A stretch of DNA of 64,000 bases from Octopus sinensis (taxonomy: Eukaryota), in the NCBI RefSeq assembly GCF_006345805.1, contig NC_043008.1, positions 78,492,001-78,556,000 of the forward strand. The letters run 5' to 3'. Position 1 is the first letter of the stretch; the number at the start of each line of letters is the position of its first letter. A model generated the notes under the pieces. That model was given only the letters and a program-made list of their open reading frames with translations, was not told where the DNA came from and did no database searches. Shown here one piece after another: positions 23,261-36,348 of the stretch. A program made the position numbers and the translations under genes.

Positions 23261-26200
23261 GTTCTATGTTTGACTTTTGCTTTACATTTGTACAAGTTAG
23301 CTCCAAGTCTCACCCAGAGACCTCAAGAGACAACAAGTTGGAAGTTCATGTTGGTGTTATGCCTAGTGTGCCATATATTTGGTTTTGTATTTAGTGTTGT
23401 ACTACTGAATGTCTAAAAAAAACATACGAAAATTATGTTTGTTTTAAAACTTGAGATTACATAGAAAGTATTTTGCGTAGGATATGAGCAGTTCCCATGA
23501 GCACTATCTTTTGAATTTCTGCCATTTTGGGGTTTCCTGGTATCTGAGTTAGGTAGCAATCAGCCCCTTTTACTATCATTCCCAGGGTACCTATGACAAC
23601 AGGTATTGTTTTAGTCTTCAGGTTCCACATTTTGCTGATTTCTATTTCAAGATCTTTATATTTGCTCAGTGTTTGGTAGGTCTTGACAGATACGTTTATA
23701 TCGATTGGGACAGTCATATCAATGAGGAGGCATGTTCTTTGTCTGAAGTCTTTCAATATGATGTCTGGCCTATTTGTATCTATCTTTCTGTCAGTTTGAA
23801 TGGTGAAATTCCAGAGGAGTGAGATGTGGTCATTTTCAAGCACTGGAGGTGGTTTGTGTTCCCACCAGTTTTTTTCATGTGGCAAGTCCAGGTTTTTGCA
23901 AATTACTCAGTGAATATATTGTGCAACTCTATCATGTATGTTCAGATACTCTGTAGGCGCAAGAAGACTACACTTGGAAACAACATGATCAATGGTTTCA
24001 TTTTGTTGTTGACATACACGACATGTTGGGCTACTACCGTTCTTTAATATGTTGGCCTGGTAGTTCCTTGTAGGTAGGCATTGATCTTGAGCTGATATGA
24101 TAAAGCTTTCTGCTTCAGATTTTAAGCCAGAGGCCATTAGCCATTGATGGGTCAGGGCTTTGTCAACATCTGCATTATTCGCTCTCTTTGGGTATTTGCC
24201 ATTGAGAGGTTTTTCTTGCCATTTATCATTCAGAATATCTAAGGCAGCAGATTTAGCACGGATTTTCATGCGCTTAGCTTTTTCTGTGCTTGTTTCTTGT
24301 ATGTCAAATTCCGAAATTTGTTGTATTCGTAATTCACATAGATATTCCTTTGCCTGTTTTTGTTACTGAGTATGATGCTTTCTTCTTTTCATGTTTTGAG
24401 ACAAGTTTTAACATCCAGTCCTCAGAGATTTTCAGGTAGGTCTCAAGGCCAATTGTTGCAATCTTCATTGTCATTGCCAGTTGTAAAAGTCCACGGCCTC
24501 CCTCTTTTCTTGGCAGATAAAGTCGTTCTATATCTGCCTTAGGGTGGTGCATTCTATGCATTGTCAACAGTTTTCGAATTTTTCTGTCACGATTACATAT
24601 TTCAGTAATTGACCAGTTAGCTATATTGAAACTGGAAATCACGACTGGTATGGCTAAAGTATTGATCGCCTCGATCCTGTTTCTCGCATTCAGCTCTGTC
24701 ATGAGTATTGCTCTTACTCTGCGGTAACATTCTCTCCTGATCGTTTCCTTCATCACTGAATGCCTTATTCCGTCCCCTTCAATTACCCCTAGATACTTGT
24801 AGCTCTCCGCTGGGTCTAACTCATTTATGACATGCTGCTGGTCAAGGTTAACGTTAGATGTTTCTGTCATTTTTCCTTTGATAAAGGTAGCTTTTGCACA
24901 TTTGTCGATGTCAAATTGCATTCTGATGTCATCACTGAATTGTTTAACAGTCGCTAGTAAGCCTCTGAGTTGTTGGTCATTTAAATCATCCATGTAAATG
25001 AGATGATTTATATTTTCATCAAACATTTTATATCCGTACTGCGCGTCATTGAGCAATTTTGAGAGAGGTATTAAGGCTAAACGAAAGCGGAGTGGTGATA
25101 GGGAGTCACCCTGGAAAATGCCACATGAAATGTTTACATCACCAGCATTTAGAGATTCATTGTCACTGTTCAAAGTTAGTGTAGTTCTCCATGATATCAT
25201 ACTTACAGAGAAAAAGTTTCGCAGAGTAGGTGCTATTTTATACATTTTCAGGCATTTCTTAATCCAGCTATGTGGTAGGCTATCAAAAGCCTTTTTATAG
25301 TCTATCCAGGCTATTGACAAGTGTTTGTGTCGTTTGTGACAATCTTCTAATATCATCTTATTGATGAGTAGCTGATCTTTACAACCATAGGATCCACGTT
25401 TACATCTTTTCTGTTCATTAGGGAATATGCTGCTGTCTGTTAAAAAACTATAGGTATATTCTGTCAGGGCAGATGTTAGCGTTTTATACATAGTTGTTAA
25501 GCAGGTTATGGGTCTATAGTTTTTTGGTTCATTTGTTTCTTCACTTTTTGGAAGCAGGAATGTTAAACCATTAAGTAGCCAAGGAGGCATCCTACTACGG
25601 TGTTGCAAAACATCATTGTAAAGTTCAGTTAGCAGTTCATGGCTCTCTGGGAAGGCATTCAACCAGAAGTTAGGAATTTTATCCTTTCCTGGAGACTTCC
25701 ATTTGTTTGACCTCCTGAGAGCAGATCTTATATCTTCTACCTTGATACCCTCCCACATTTGCTCCTCTAAGGAGTCCAGTTCTTTAGATATTCTATCAAT
25801 CCAGGGGACCTTTTCGTTGTGTGTTTTTTTTCTTCTGCCCAAATTTTATTCCAAAATCCCTGCACTTCTTCTTTTGATGGTACAGACTTTACAATAACTG
25901 GTATTTTCCCTATCTTCCAGTAAAAATTTTGGGGGTTGTTTTTGAACATGTTGTACTTGAAGAATCTAACACGCTTTAGCAGATACCCTTTGCTTGATGG
26001 TTTCTACGATGGCATCAATATCAAGTATAGTTTTCATATTATATTTTTCCATTAATTTTGGGGTTTTGTAGGTTTGGTAGTCTTGGCAACCTTAAGTAGT
26101 TTAATTTGTTGTTGGATACGCTCTTGCCAAGGAGGCTTTTTGTGGGAATGTTGCCGTTTTCTAATCCTTTCACCACATACAATCGTTGAGATTTTCGCGG

Positions 26201-27594
26201 ATGCATAGTACAGGTGATTGAGATCTGTGATACGAGGGGCGTTCAATAAGTAATGCCCCTGACCCACTTGCAGTTGTTTGATCTCGCTGAAAGTTTGCAT
26301 GTGCACTTATTTATACCTCTATAGATTAAGTGGCGAATTACAGCTCTGAACTAATTGTGGTTTCTGATTTACAGGTGTTTGAACTGAGTCAAGTGTGAAA
26401 TGGAGCCTGTTGAGTGTCAAGCAGTGATCTGGTTTTTGTATTTGAAAGGACGCACACCACGGGAGACTTTTGATGAAATGAAAGTAACTTATGGTGATGA
26501 TGCCCCATCATATGACCTTGTAAAACGCTGGCATTGTGAATTCAAACATAGTCGGAACTCTGTGGAAACAGCTCCCAGATCTGGTCGCCCCCTTCTGCCG
26601 TTGATGAAACGTATGTCCGTCAAGTTGAGGCTGCCATTTTGGAAGGTCAACGCATAACTATTCGCCAAATAGCCCATAAGGTCAAGATTAGTACCGGGTC
26701 TGTGGAATCTATCATTCATGACCATTTGCATATGCAAAAGGTGTCTGCCAGATGGATTTCCAGGTTGCTCACACCTTTCCAGAAGCAAGAACGCGTTGAG
26801 TGCTCGAGGATGAATTTGGAGATGTGCCAAGAAGATGAGTCAGAATTTTTCAAAAGACTGATTACACAGGATAAAACCTGGGTCCATCACTATGATCCAG
26901 AGACCAAAGCCCAGTCAATGCAGTGAAAGCACCGTGACTCACCTCCTCCAAAGAAGGCAAGGGTGCAGCCCTCCGCTGACAAGGTCATGCTCACAGTCTT
27001 CTGGGACCAGGACGGAGTAGTGATGACAGATTTCCTGGCGAAGGGTACCACAATTACAGGAGCCTATTATGCTTCACTTTTGAGGAAATTAAGAGAAGCT
27101 ATCAAAATCAAGAGGCGGGGCAAGATCAGCAAAGGCATCCTCCTCCTGCAGGACAACGCTCCGGTCCACAACTCGCGTGTCGCCAGATCAGAAGCACAGG
27201 CGTGCGGCTATGAACTCCTCCCCCATCCCCCTACTCTCCTGACCTTGCACCCTCTGATTTTCACCTCTTCCCAGCCATGAAGTTGTTTATAAAGGAAAGC
27301 GTTTCCCAGATGATGCAGCCTTGGTTTCTGAAGTCACGTCGTGGTTGGAGGACCAAGCTGGGGTCTTCTACAAAAACGGTCTCCAGAGCTGTATCAAACG
27401 ATGGGAGAAATGCATAACTCTGGGTAGTTCCTATGTAGGAAAAGACTAATAACTGTGCCAAGTGTCGTTACTCTACTGCTATGGGAAATGGGTCAGGGGC
27501 ATTACTTATTGAACGCCCCTCGTATCAACATCATTAGCTGAAATTATATCCTTAAGTGCAAGGTGGATTTTACCAATTATTTTCATGTTTTGGT
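23261..27594 (-). mobile_element. R4/Dong LINE, 5'-truncated, interrupted by a mariner
   Basis: NYRPITCL, WIDYKKAFDS, GIFQGDSLSP, HLIYMDD, CRVCQQQNETIDHVVSKC, NRPDIIL...LIDMTVP. The reading frame continues across the mariner (ANDVD/ITDLNHLYYA). Confidence 0.92.
26233..27522 (+). mobile_element. Full-length mariner DNA transposon (1290 bp), inactive DD34D-type transposase
   Basis: 34-bp TIR cgaggggcgttcaataagtaatgcccctgaccca, TA duplication at both ends, motifs TQDKTW, LQDNA and (Y)SPDLAPSDF; stop codon and frameshifts. Confidence 0.96.
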
Positions 27595-27608
27595 TATTAT
27601 TATTATTA

Positions 27609-27678
<70 letters not shown>

Positions 27679-27718
27679 CATTATTATTATTATTATTACT
27701 ATTATTATTATTATTATT

Positions 27719-28176
27719 GAGTGAGGGAGCAGTGTATACCATCAAAGTGACACTGGGGTAAAATATACGAAGCCCAATGTACCCATCTGATAAGGGTACA
27801 CCAGGCACATGCATCACAGCCATATGTGCGCGACATGGTGATCTCATAACAAGATAAACTGCACATGACCTTGCAAGGTCAAGTAACCCATCCTTCTCAA
27901 AAGTTCCCTGAATAAGGGTTCTTTAAGAATATTGAACGAAACACCCATGTTTCCAGAGGTGAATTACTCAAACCCCAAATAATCCCTCTCAACACATGGC
28001 TATGATGCTTCCCCACTACTTCTACTCGTGATCAGAGATGCACATATCGTCAGCCACTAAGGAACATGGTAAACTGGTTAAGGTCAAACAACTGAAAAGC
28101 AAATCTGTGGTATTGAGCAGAATATTTGCTGTAGCCCATCTTTTATACTAAGATGTAGCCCATCTTTTATACCAAG
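27719..28176 (-). mobile_element. ~550-bp non-coding repeat, truncated copy
   Basis: Homology to 22640-23181; flanked by (ATT)n. Confidence 0.8.
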
Positions 28177-28231
<55 letters not shown>

Positions 28232-28244
28232 TATTATTATTATT

Positions 28245-31200
28245 CAGTAGTTTTATTTTTTGTAGCGCGCTTTCACTTCACTACCGAGCCAGCTCTGTGT
28301 GCCTTGGGTATGTGCTGTGATTTGTTGTGATGCTCTGATGGTTATTGTATGGAAAGTGTTCTGCGTAGGATGTGTGCAGTGCCTAGTAGTGCAATTTTCT
28401 GTATGTTATATGTGTTTGTAAGTCCTGGTGTTTTTGTTATGTATTTGTCTGAATATTTTTTTATCATGCCTAATGCACCTACTATGATAGGAATTGTTTC
28501 TGTTTTTAGATTCCACTTTCTGGTTACCTCCATTTCCAGGTCTTTGTATTTTGAAAGTTTCTCCATTTCTTTTAGAGACAAGTTGTCATCTGCCGGTATT
28601 GATACATCAATTAGAAAGCATTTTTTTTTCTTCATGATCTCTGACAACTATATCTGGTCTGTTGACCTTAATTTCTCTATCTGTGTGTATCGGCATATCC
28701 CAAAGTATGGTTGCTTTTTCGCTTTCTGTGACCTTTTCTGGTGTCTGCCTATACCATCTTTTTTCTGTTGTTATCCCATAATGTTGGCAAAGCTTCCAGT
28801 GTATGTAGGTTCCAACTCTGTCACGTCTGTGAATATATTCCTTCTTAGCCAGGACTGGGCAGCCAGAGATAATATGATTTATTGTTTCTTGTCCATTTCC
28901 ACATATTCTGCAGTTGTTATATTTCTTTTCATTACATGTTTTGGGTAATTTCTGGTGGTGAGGCTTTGGTCTTGTGCTGCAATTAAAAATCCCTCTGTCT
29001 CTGCTTTGAGTCCTGACCTTCTCAACCATTGCTGGGATTTTTCTTTGTCTATTTCTTTTGCATTTACTTTAGTCCAGTATTTACCGTGAAGGGGTTTTTC
29101 TTGCCATCGTTTTATCATGGTTCTTTGCTGTTCTAGTTTTAGCTTGGATTTCATTTGTTTTATAGTTTTTGTTGTTTCTTCATCTTCTTCTTCTTCTTCT
29201 TCTTCTTTATATTTGTTAGGTGGTATGATTTCTTGTTTGTATTTGTCAGCTTCCTTAAATACTGAGAACAGTTTTTTGTTTTGCTCGTGTTTTGCCGCTA
29301 TTTGTATCAGTTTTCCTTCCTTCTGAAGTCGATATTTTTGCAGTTCTATGGTGGTTATTTTATAGTAGTTTTCCAGCTGTATAAGGCCTCTACCACCTTC
29401 TATACGTTGTATATATAGTCTTTCTATGTCAGATTTTGGGTGATGCATCATAGATCCTGTCATTATTTTTCTTGTTTTCCTATCTATTTTGGTCAGTTCA
29501 TTTAGTGTCCAGTTAAGGATATTGTAGCTGTAACTTATAACTGGGACAGCTAAAGTGTTGATACCTATTATCTTGTTTTTAGCATTGAGCTCTGTTTTTA
29601 GTTTTGATCTAACTCGTCTATAATATTCTTTTTTTTATTTTCTCTTTCATTTCTTATCTAGTTCATGGATTCCTAAGTATTTGTAAGTTTGGCTTTGGTC
29701 TAATTCTTTTATTTCATTGGTTTTATCTAGTGTGATGTTGCTACTCTTAACTAGTTTTCCTCTTTTCATGGTTACTTTGGCGCATTTTTCTAATCCAAAT
29801 TTCATATCTGTTTCTTTCATATCCATGAACTGTCTTTAATAGTGTTTCCAGCTGTTTGTCATTTGCAGCGTATAGTTTTATGTCATCCATATATAAAAGA
29901 TGGCTGATCGTTTTGCCGTAACATTTATATCCGCATCCAGTTCTATTTAGCATGTCAGATAGAGGTGACAGTGCCAAGCAGAAAAGGAGTGGAGAGAGCG
30001 TGTCTCCCTGGAATATTCCTCTTCTAATGGGGATGGCTTTGGTTTTCATGAGTCCCTCTTTTGTTTGGAGCTGTAGCACTGTTTGCCATTTATTCATAGA
30101 GTGCCCAATGAATTTTATAATTGTTGGTGCTACTTTGTTAATGGCTAGTGTTTCGAGGATCCATGTGTGGGGGATGCTATCAAACGCCTTTTTGTAGTCG
30201 ATCCAGGCCATACTGAGGCCTTTCTCCTTTCTGTGGCTGTCTTCAGTTATGGCTTTATTGATCATTAGTTGATCTTTACAGCCGTATGAGCCTTTGCGGC
30301 ATCCTTTCTGCTCTTCTGGAAACAGGTTGTTTTCGTCTAGGTGCTTGTTCAACCTTTGCGATATCACTGCAGTAAATGCCTTGTACATCGTAGGGAGACA
30401 AGTTATTGGTCTGTAGTTTTCTGGTTTTGCTGTCCCATTTGATTTGGGAATTAAGATGGTTTTCCCCTTCGTGAGCCATTCAGGCATTGTCTCTGGCTCT
30501 GCTGGTATGTTGTTAACATTTTCAGCCAGTTTTTTGTGCATTCCTGTTAGATATTTCAACCAGAAGTTGGGGATCTTGTCATGCCCAGGTGCCTTCCAGT
30601 TGCTTAGTCTTTGCAGTGCCTGGGTGACCTCTTCAGTTGTTATGGGTGTCCAAAGTTGCTCAGATGCTGAGTTTGTTATTTTAAAATTCTTCTTTTTTGG
30701 TTGTTCGTTCGCCGACCATATTTCTGTCCAGAATTCTTCCACTTCTTCTGCCGTTGGTGCTGCAGTGATTTCTATTTTATTTTTGCCAAGTTCTTGGTAG
30801 AACTTTTTGGGGTTGGAGTTGAACTTTTTGTTTTGTTCAAAGAAGCGCTGGCATTTCTCGTACCGGCGGATCCTTTAGCTTTTCTTTTATCTCAGGTAAA
30901 TCTTTTTGTGTGATGTATTTGCGGAGTATTTTTGTTTTCTTTTTGTTGCTCAGTAGCGTTGATTGTCTACTGATTTCATTAAGAATCGACAGATCTTTTC
31001 TTATTTTTTGTATTTTGTTTTGGATGTTATTTATCCACAGGGTTTGTTTGGGTGGTGGTACTCCTGTTTGGACGGGTTTGAGTGAGTATCCAGCTTCATT
31101 GGGGCTGCAGTGGCTGCTGCGTATACTAAGTTATTTAGCTCAGTGATATCGCTTTTTGTTTCAGTGGCTATTAGTTCCCTGACGGCTAGGTTAATGCTGT

Positions 31201-32206
31201 TTATAATTGGTGTTGTTTCGTCTAATTTGATTTTTAGGAGGTATGGTCGGTGGTCCATTTTGAGCTCTGTGGTTTTCAGTTCTTTGATTATTCTACTTTT
31301 TATATTATCATATTCATTAGGCTCCCCTTCATTGTTTCCAGGTTTTAGATTTGTGTCGTTTTCTTTCTTATTTGTATGTTTGTTTGTCGTGTTACATTTG
31401 TCTTCGTGTTTTACTGTTTCAGTGTTTATATTATTGGGCATTGTTGTCTGGCTTCTATCTACATTTTCCTGGTGTATTTTTTCTTTTAGATGTTTTATTT
31501 CTATTTCTGATATTGTTTTTGCGTTGAGAATATATCTCCGTATATTTGCTAGTTTGTTAGGGTTCATTGCTGTATCCAAGTCTATATTTATGTTGTTTTC
31601 CTTCCATATTTTATATGTATGTGTTGTTGTGTTTTCATTCTTTGGGTAGAGCACTGCTGTAAAATAAGCATGTAGGATAGAAATGTATTCCTCACGTGTC
31701 CATTTATGTCTTTTGGGTTTTATTTGCGGGACATGAGGGACAATGTCCGGCCCTTTATTTTGACGGTCGTCATTTTCGTAGGGTACCGGTCCGTTCATTT
31801 CTGTTGTCACATTGTTTTTCATGTGTAGTTTTTCGTACATTTTATGTTGTAAGTTTAATGTACGTACTTCCCGATTGCTATTCTTGGGTTGAATAATATC
31901 GGTGTTATTTAATTTCTTCATAGTTTTTTTGTACATGGTGTTTGGGGTCGGAGATGATCTGATGTTGATGGGTCGTAATGTTCCGCGCATGTTTACATGT
32001 GTTGTGTTCGAGGTGGAGATGATATCGAGTTAAAATACATCATTTCGTTTCGAAAATAGTAATAAATTTCAATAGGTATCACTTATTCAGATATAGTCCA
32101 ATCTTTTGTCAGTAAATTTTTGGTTTCATACGATGTCTTTTTATTCGATGTTTGTGGATAGATTTCGGAGCGCTGTTTTATCGCTCTCACATGTTTAACG
32201 TCCCCG

Positions 32207-32208
<2 letters not shown>
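28245..32208 (-). mobile_element. Near full-length R4/Dong LINE (~4 kb), frameshifted
   Basis: N-terminal ORF 31031-31990; RT (GIFQGDTLSPLLFCL, HLLYMDD); CCHC CRICGNGQETINHIISGC; RLE NRPDIVV/LIDVSIP/KYKDL; (TAA)n on both sides. Confidence 0.95.
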
Positions 32209-32294
<86 letters not shown>

Positions 32295-32303
<9 letters not shown>

Positions 32304-32846
32304 AGTGCATGCCATCAAAGTGACACTGGGGTAAAATATACGAAGCCCAGTATAACCATCATGACTACTCGTCTGATAAGGGCACACCAGGCACATGCAT
32401 CACAACAATTTGTGCTCGACATGGTGATCTCATATCAAGATAAACAGCGCATGACCTTGCAGGTGGGGCCCAGTTAGAATTTTCTTCTGGTCGAGTAGCC
32501 CATCCCGCTCAAAAGGTCCATGAATATGGCTTCTTTAAGGATATTGAACGAAACACCTATGTTTCCAGAGGTGAATTATTCAAACCCCAAAGAATCCCTC
32601 TCAACACATGACTATAATGCTCACCCACTACTTCTGCACATGATTAGAGATGCACATATCGTCACCCATTAAGGGACATGGTCAACTGGTTAAGGTCAAA
32701 CAACTGACAAGCAAATCTGTAGTATTGAGCACAATATTTGCTGTAGCCCATCTTTTATACCAAAACAAACAATGTACAAGATAACACCTCCAATCAGTTA
32801 AGATCAGAAGCCATGAAAGCCACTGCCTGGTACTGCATCAGGGCAT
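32295..32846 (-). mobile_element. ~550-bp non-coding repeat, most complete copy
   Basis: Runs from gagagcagtgcatgcc to tactgcatcagggc on the + strand, between microsatellites. Confidence 0.8.
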
Positions 32847-33020
32847 TTATTATTATTATTATTATCATCATCATCATCATCATCATCATCATCGTCATCG
32901 TCGTCGTCGTTGTCGTCGTTGTTGTTGTCGTTGTTGTTGTTGTTGTCGTCGTCGTCGTCGTTGTTGTCGTTGTTGTTGTTGTTGTTGTTGTTGTTGTTCT
33001 TCTTCTTCTTCTTCTTCTTC

Positions 33021-33077
<57 letters not shown>
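32846..33077. repeat. Compound (ATT)(ATC)(GTC)(GTT)(CTT)(ATT) microsatellite
   Basis: Directly visible. Confidence 0.97.
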
Positions 33078-33078
<1 letters not shown>

Positions 33079-33350
33079 AGCGACGAGCTGGCAGAATCGT
33101 TAACTCGCAAGGCAAAATGATGAGCAGTATTTCGTCTACCGCTTCATTCTAAGTTCAAATTCTGCCGAGGTCGACTATGCCTTTCCTCCTTACGGGGTCT
33201 ATGAAATAAGTACCAGTTGAACACTGGGGCAGATTTAATCGATTTAACCCTTCCCCCAAAATTACTGTCCCTGTGGCAAAATTTCAAACCATTATTAAAG
33301 GCGGCGAGCTGGCAGAATCGTTAGCATGCTGGACGAAATGCTTAGCGGTG
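33078..33350 (+). mobile_element. Family B SINE plus a second head fragment
   Basis: gcgacgagctggcagaatcgtta..., and ggcggcgagctggcagaatcgttag at ~33300. Confidence 0.8.
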
Positions 33351-33359
33351 TTAATGTTG

Positions 33360-33900
33360 TTATTTGGAGGTGTCACATTCTTCTGAATTCAATCTTCAGG
33401 TCCTTATTATTTGCTCAATTTTCAAACGTTTCCAGATATGTGTTTTTCTTGGCTGGGCTACAGCATCAATAAGAAGACAAGTCTTTTCAATATGTTTTTT
33501 CACAATGAGATCAGGTCGGTTTGCCTATATTTCTCGATCGGTCTGAAAACTGAAATTCCAAAGAATGGTAACTTCGGTATTCTGGGAATCTTGTGGTGGC
33601 TTGTGTTCCCATCAATTGTTTTTGTGAGAGATACTGTATATACTGAGCTGCCTTGATATGCCTTTGTTAGTATCCAGTTGGTGCTAATCTAATACATTCA
33701 GAAATTATGTTGTCGATTGTATCTTGGTGCTATCTGCAGAAGCGAGATGATGAGCTGCTTTCATATTTCAGGATATTACTCGGGTAGTTGGAAGGGATTG
33801 TTCATGAACAGCAATGATGTACCCCTCAGTTTCTGGTTTGGGATCGGAACATGATAATCACTGATGAGTAGTCGGCCTTTGCTCCAATTTCTCCTTAATA
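33360..33900 (-). pseudogene. R4/Dong RLE-region fragment
   Basis: ILWNFSFQTDREI*ANRPDLIVK on the minus strand. Confidence 0.7.
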
Positions 33901-34329
33901 CATTAGAGTCTGGCTTGTTTGGCTACGGTCTTTATTTGTTTTGCCTTGTCTATTGAGGACACGTTTTCTTCGGGTACTGAATCGTTTAGTTGCATTTCTC
34001 GGAGGTACCGGACGTATCAGCAAAATTATTCCAATTTTAGATTCAGCTTCAATTTTTTGTAACCCATGGACGCTTAAATATAACATAATGTAATTACCAG
34101 TTTTTCTAACACTATTGGACTCTACTTTGAACGGGAAAAGTGTTGATTACTCTCCAAGCTAACCAGAAGAATTTATATGAAGTTGATCATGGACAAAAAT
34201 TACATTTTCATAAATAATTAACCATAGCTCAGGAATAGAAGCTCATAAAGGATAAAAATAATGTCCAAATGGGAGCTTTGTTTCAAAGTTCCAGAGACAA
34301 TCCTGACTGAAATCCTACCTGTGAAGCAT

Positions 34330-35250
34330 CAAGAGTTGCTCCTCTTCTGATAATGACTTACTCAACCTTCTTCCTAGCTGCTCCACAAGCTTTCTTAATG
34401 AATTCCTCATCGTATGGATGGAGTTTTTGAGGACTTGCCGGTTGCTGTGGATTTTCTCACAAGCCTTTCTGGCTAGTTCATTTCGGAACCTTCCTCTGGT
34501 AATTCCTAGTCAGAAATGACTGTTCGTGCTTGTGTCGGCTGGGTTCAAATCACGTGATTAAGGGGTCCATGTGCCCTTATCCGAATACTTGTTCACAAGC
34601 CCATCCATCCCCGAGAAATTCTTGAGCCATTGCACTCATGTGACAAGAAGTTCCATCTTTCTGGAATGTAAACTGGAAGCCCCTAGCGATCTTGTTTGGG
34701 CTTTTTTCTCACCTCTTGCCTTAGGATATTCAGAAAGAATTTAGGTCTTTACATCTTTCAAAACCTGAACATAACAAACTCCCGTCAGTTTCTCAGCCTT
34801 CTCAAACATGAACAATGACATCTTCTTGCTATCAAAGGCCACGCAGATGTTTGTTTTTGCACCTGGAAATGACCATTTTTGGTTCTCTTATGAAGATCTG
34901 AAGCCAGGACGCGACAGTTGCCTCTCTATGTGTGCGTATCTTGGGTGAAATTCTTCTCATCCGCGTAAAAGGTCACTCCAGAATTATGTTTCACTTTGTT
35001 CAAGATGATTTTACTCTCTCCAACCTTCTAACCTCATAGTTCTCACGTACGATTTCATTTTCAAATATTGTCACTGCCATAGCTGAGACTCATCCTTCAC
35101 GTGTCAAACATCTTATGGATTGAGTTGGATCTCTTCTGATTGATCCCTTCAGCTCCATATTGAAATGATTCCTCTTGCGGTTATGATCTCCTCATCCAAT
35201 TTTCCTCTCCACTATTCCCCCTTTCTCAAACTTACAATTCTCTTGAATGG
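34330..35250 (-). pseudogene. Decayed Tc1/mariner-superfamily DDxD transposase (maT-like)
   Basis: Minus strand FYADEKNFT, FTFQKDG..CH, WTP*SRDLNPAD, KAC...H.N...LK...KKAC. Confidence 0.65.
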
Positions 35251-35539
35251 ACTCTGGTTCTTGAATGGACTCTGAAGAATAGAATGAATGTTCGTACCAT
35301 TACTGAAGGCCTAAATGATCTTAGCCCTCTCAACATTGCTCAATTGAGAAGACATGGTGAGGCTGGCACAAAACGATATCAGCCTGTTCTCTTTCTAGCT
35401 AATTATCTCAATGGATATTTCACTTATTTTCCAAAATCTGGTGTCAATATAGCCTGACGTCTTATCTGGAAAACATGAAATATTACAAATCGATTCGTTT
35501 ATTGGTTTTATGAAGTTTTACGAATTTGTGAGCGTAAGA

Positions 35540-36240
35540 AGTTTTAAGAATTTGTGAGGTCATTTTCCTGTTTTTCGTCCAACCTTTTGGTATTTTCATA
35601 TTTCAGATCCAGCTTTAGCATCCAGTCGTTTACTTGTTGCAGGTAGACAGAAAGTCCCATGGTTTCAATTTTCAATGAGAGTTTAGAATACAACGCTTTC
35701 TTTTCTCTGGTTGTATATTTGGCACGTATCTGCTTTTTGGTGATGCTTACATTGCATTATCATCAGCTTTTGCCTTTTGGCATCAACTTTGTTGCTCTCA
35801 GAGATGGACCAGTTTATAATATTGAAGCTGCATGTGATTACAGGCACGGCCACTGTTTGTATGGTTTCAATTGTTTCTGACATTCAGCTCGGTTTTCAGA
35901 AGGGTTCTTACTTTTTGGTGGCACGCCTTCCTTATCTTTTCCCTTATTAGTGAGTGCTTAATCCTATCTCCCTCACACATTCCTAGGTACATATAACTGA
36001 CCTGAAGTTTTAATCATTTTATCCCGGTGTCTCTATCTAGGGTAATGTTGCATGTGTTTGATAGCTTTCTCTTGGTAAATGTAGATTTGGTGAATTTTTC
36101 AAACCTAAATTCCATTTTGATGTCATCACTAAATTGATTGACTGCGTGTAGAAGTGTTTGCAGTTGTTGAACATTGTTTACGAACAATTTCGAGTCATCC
36201 ATATAGAGGAGATGATTAACGGTTTATCAGTTGGCAAAGG
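35540..36240 (-). pseudogene. R4/Dong RT fragment
   Basis: NHLLYMDDSKLF, FSDDIKMEF, AVPVITCSFNIINW. Confidence 0.8.
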
Positions 36241-36348
36241 TCGATAATTTGTTTAATTCAGTAGTTTGCTTCGAGGAAACAGTAATAAGGAGAATCACAA
36301 AGGACTTGTGTTGTGAGATACTTATATTGCTTAGGAGTAATTCAATCA

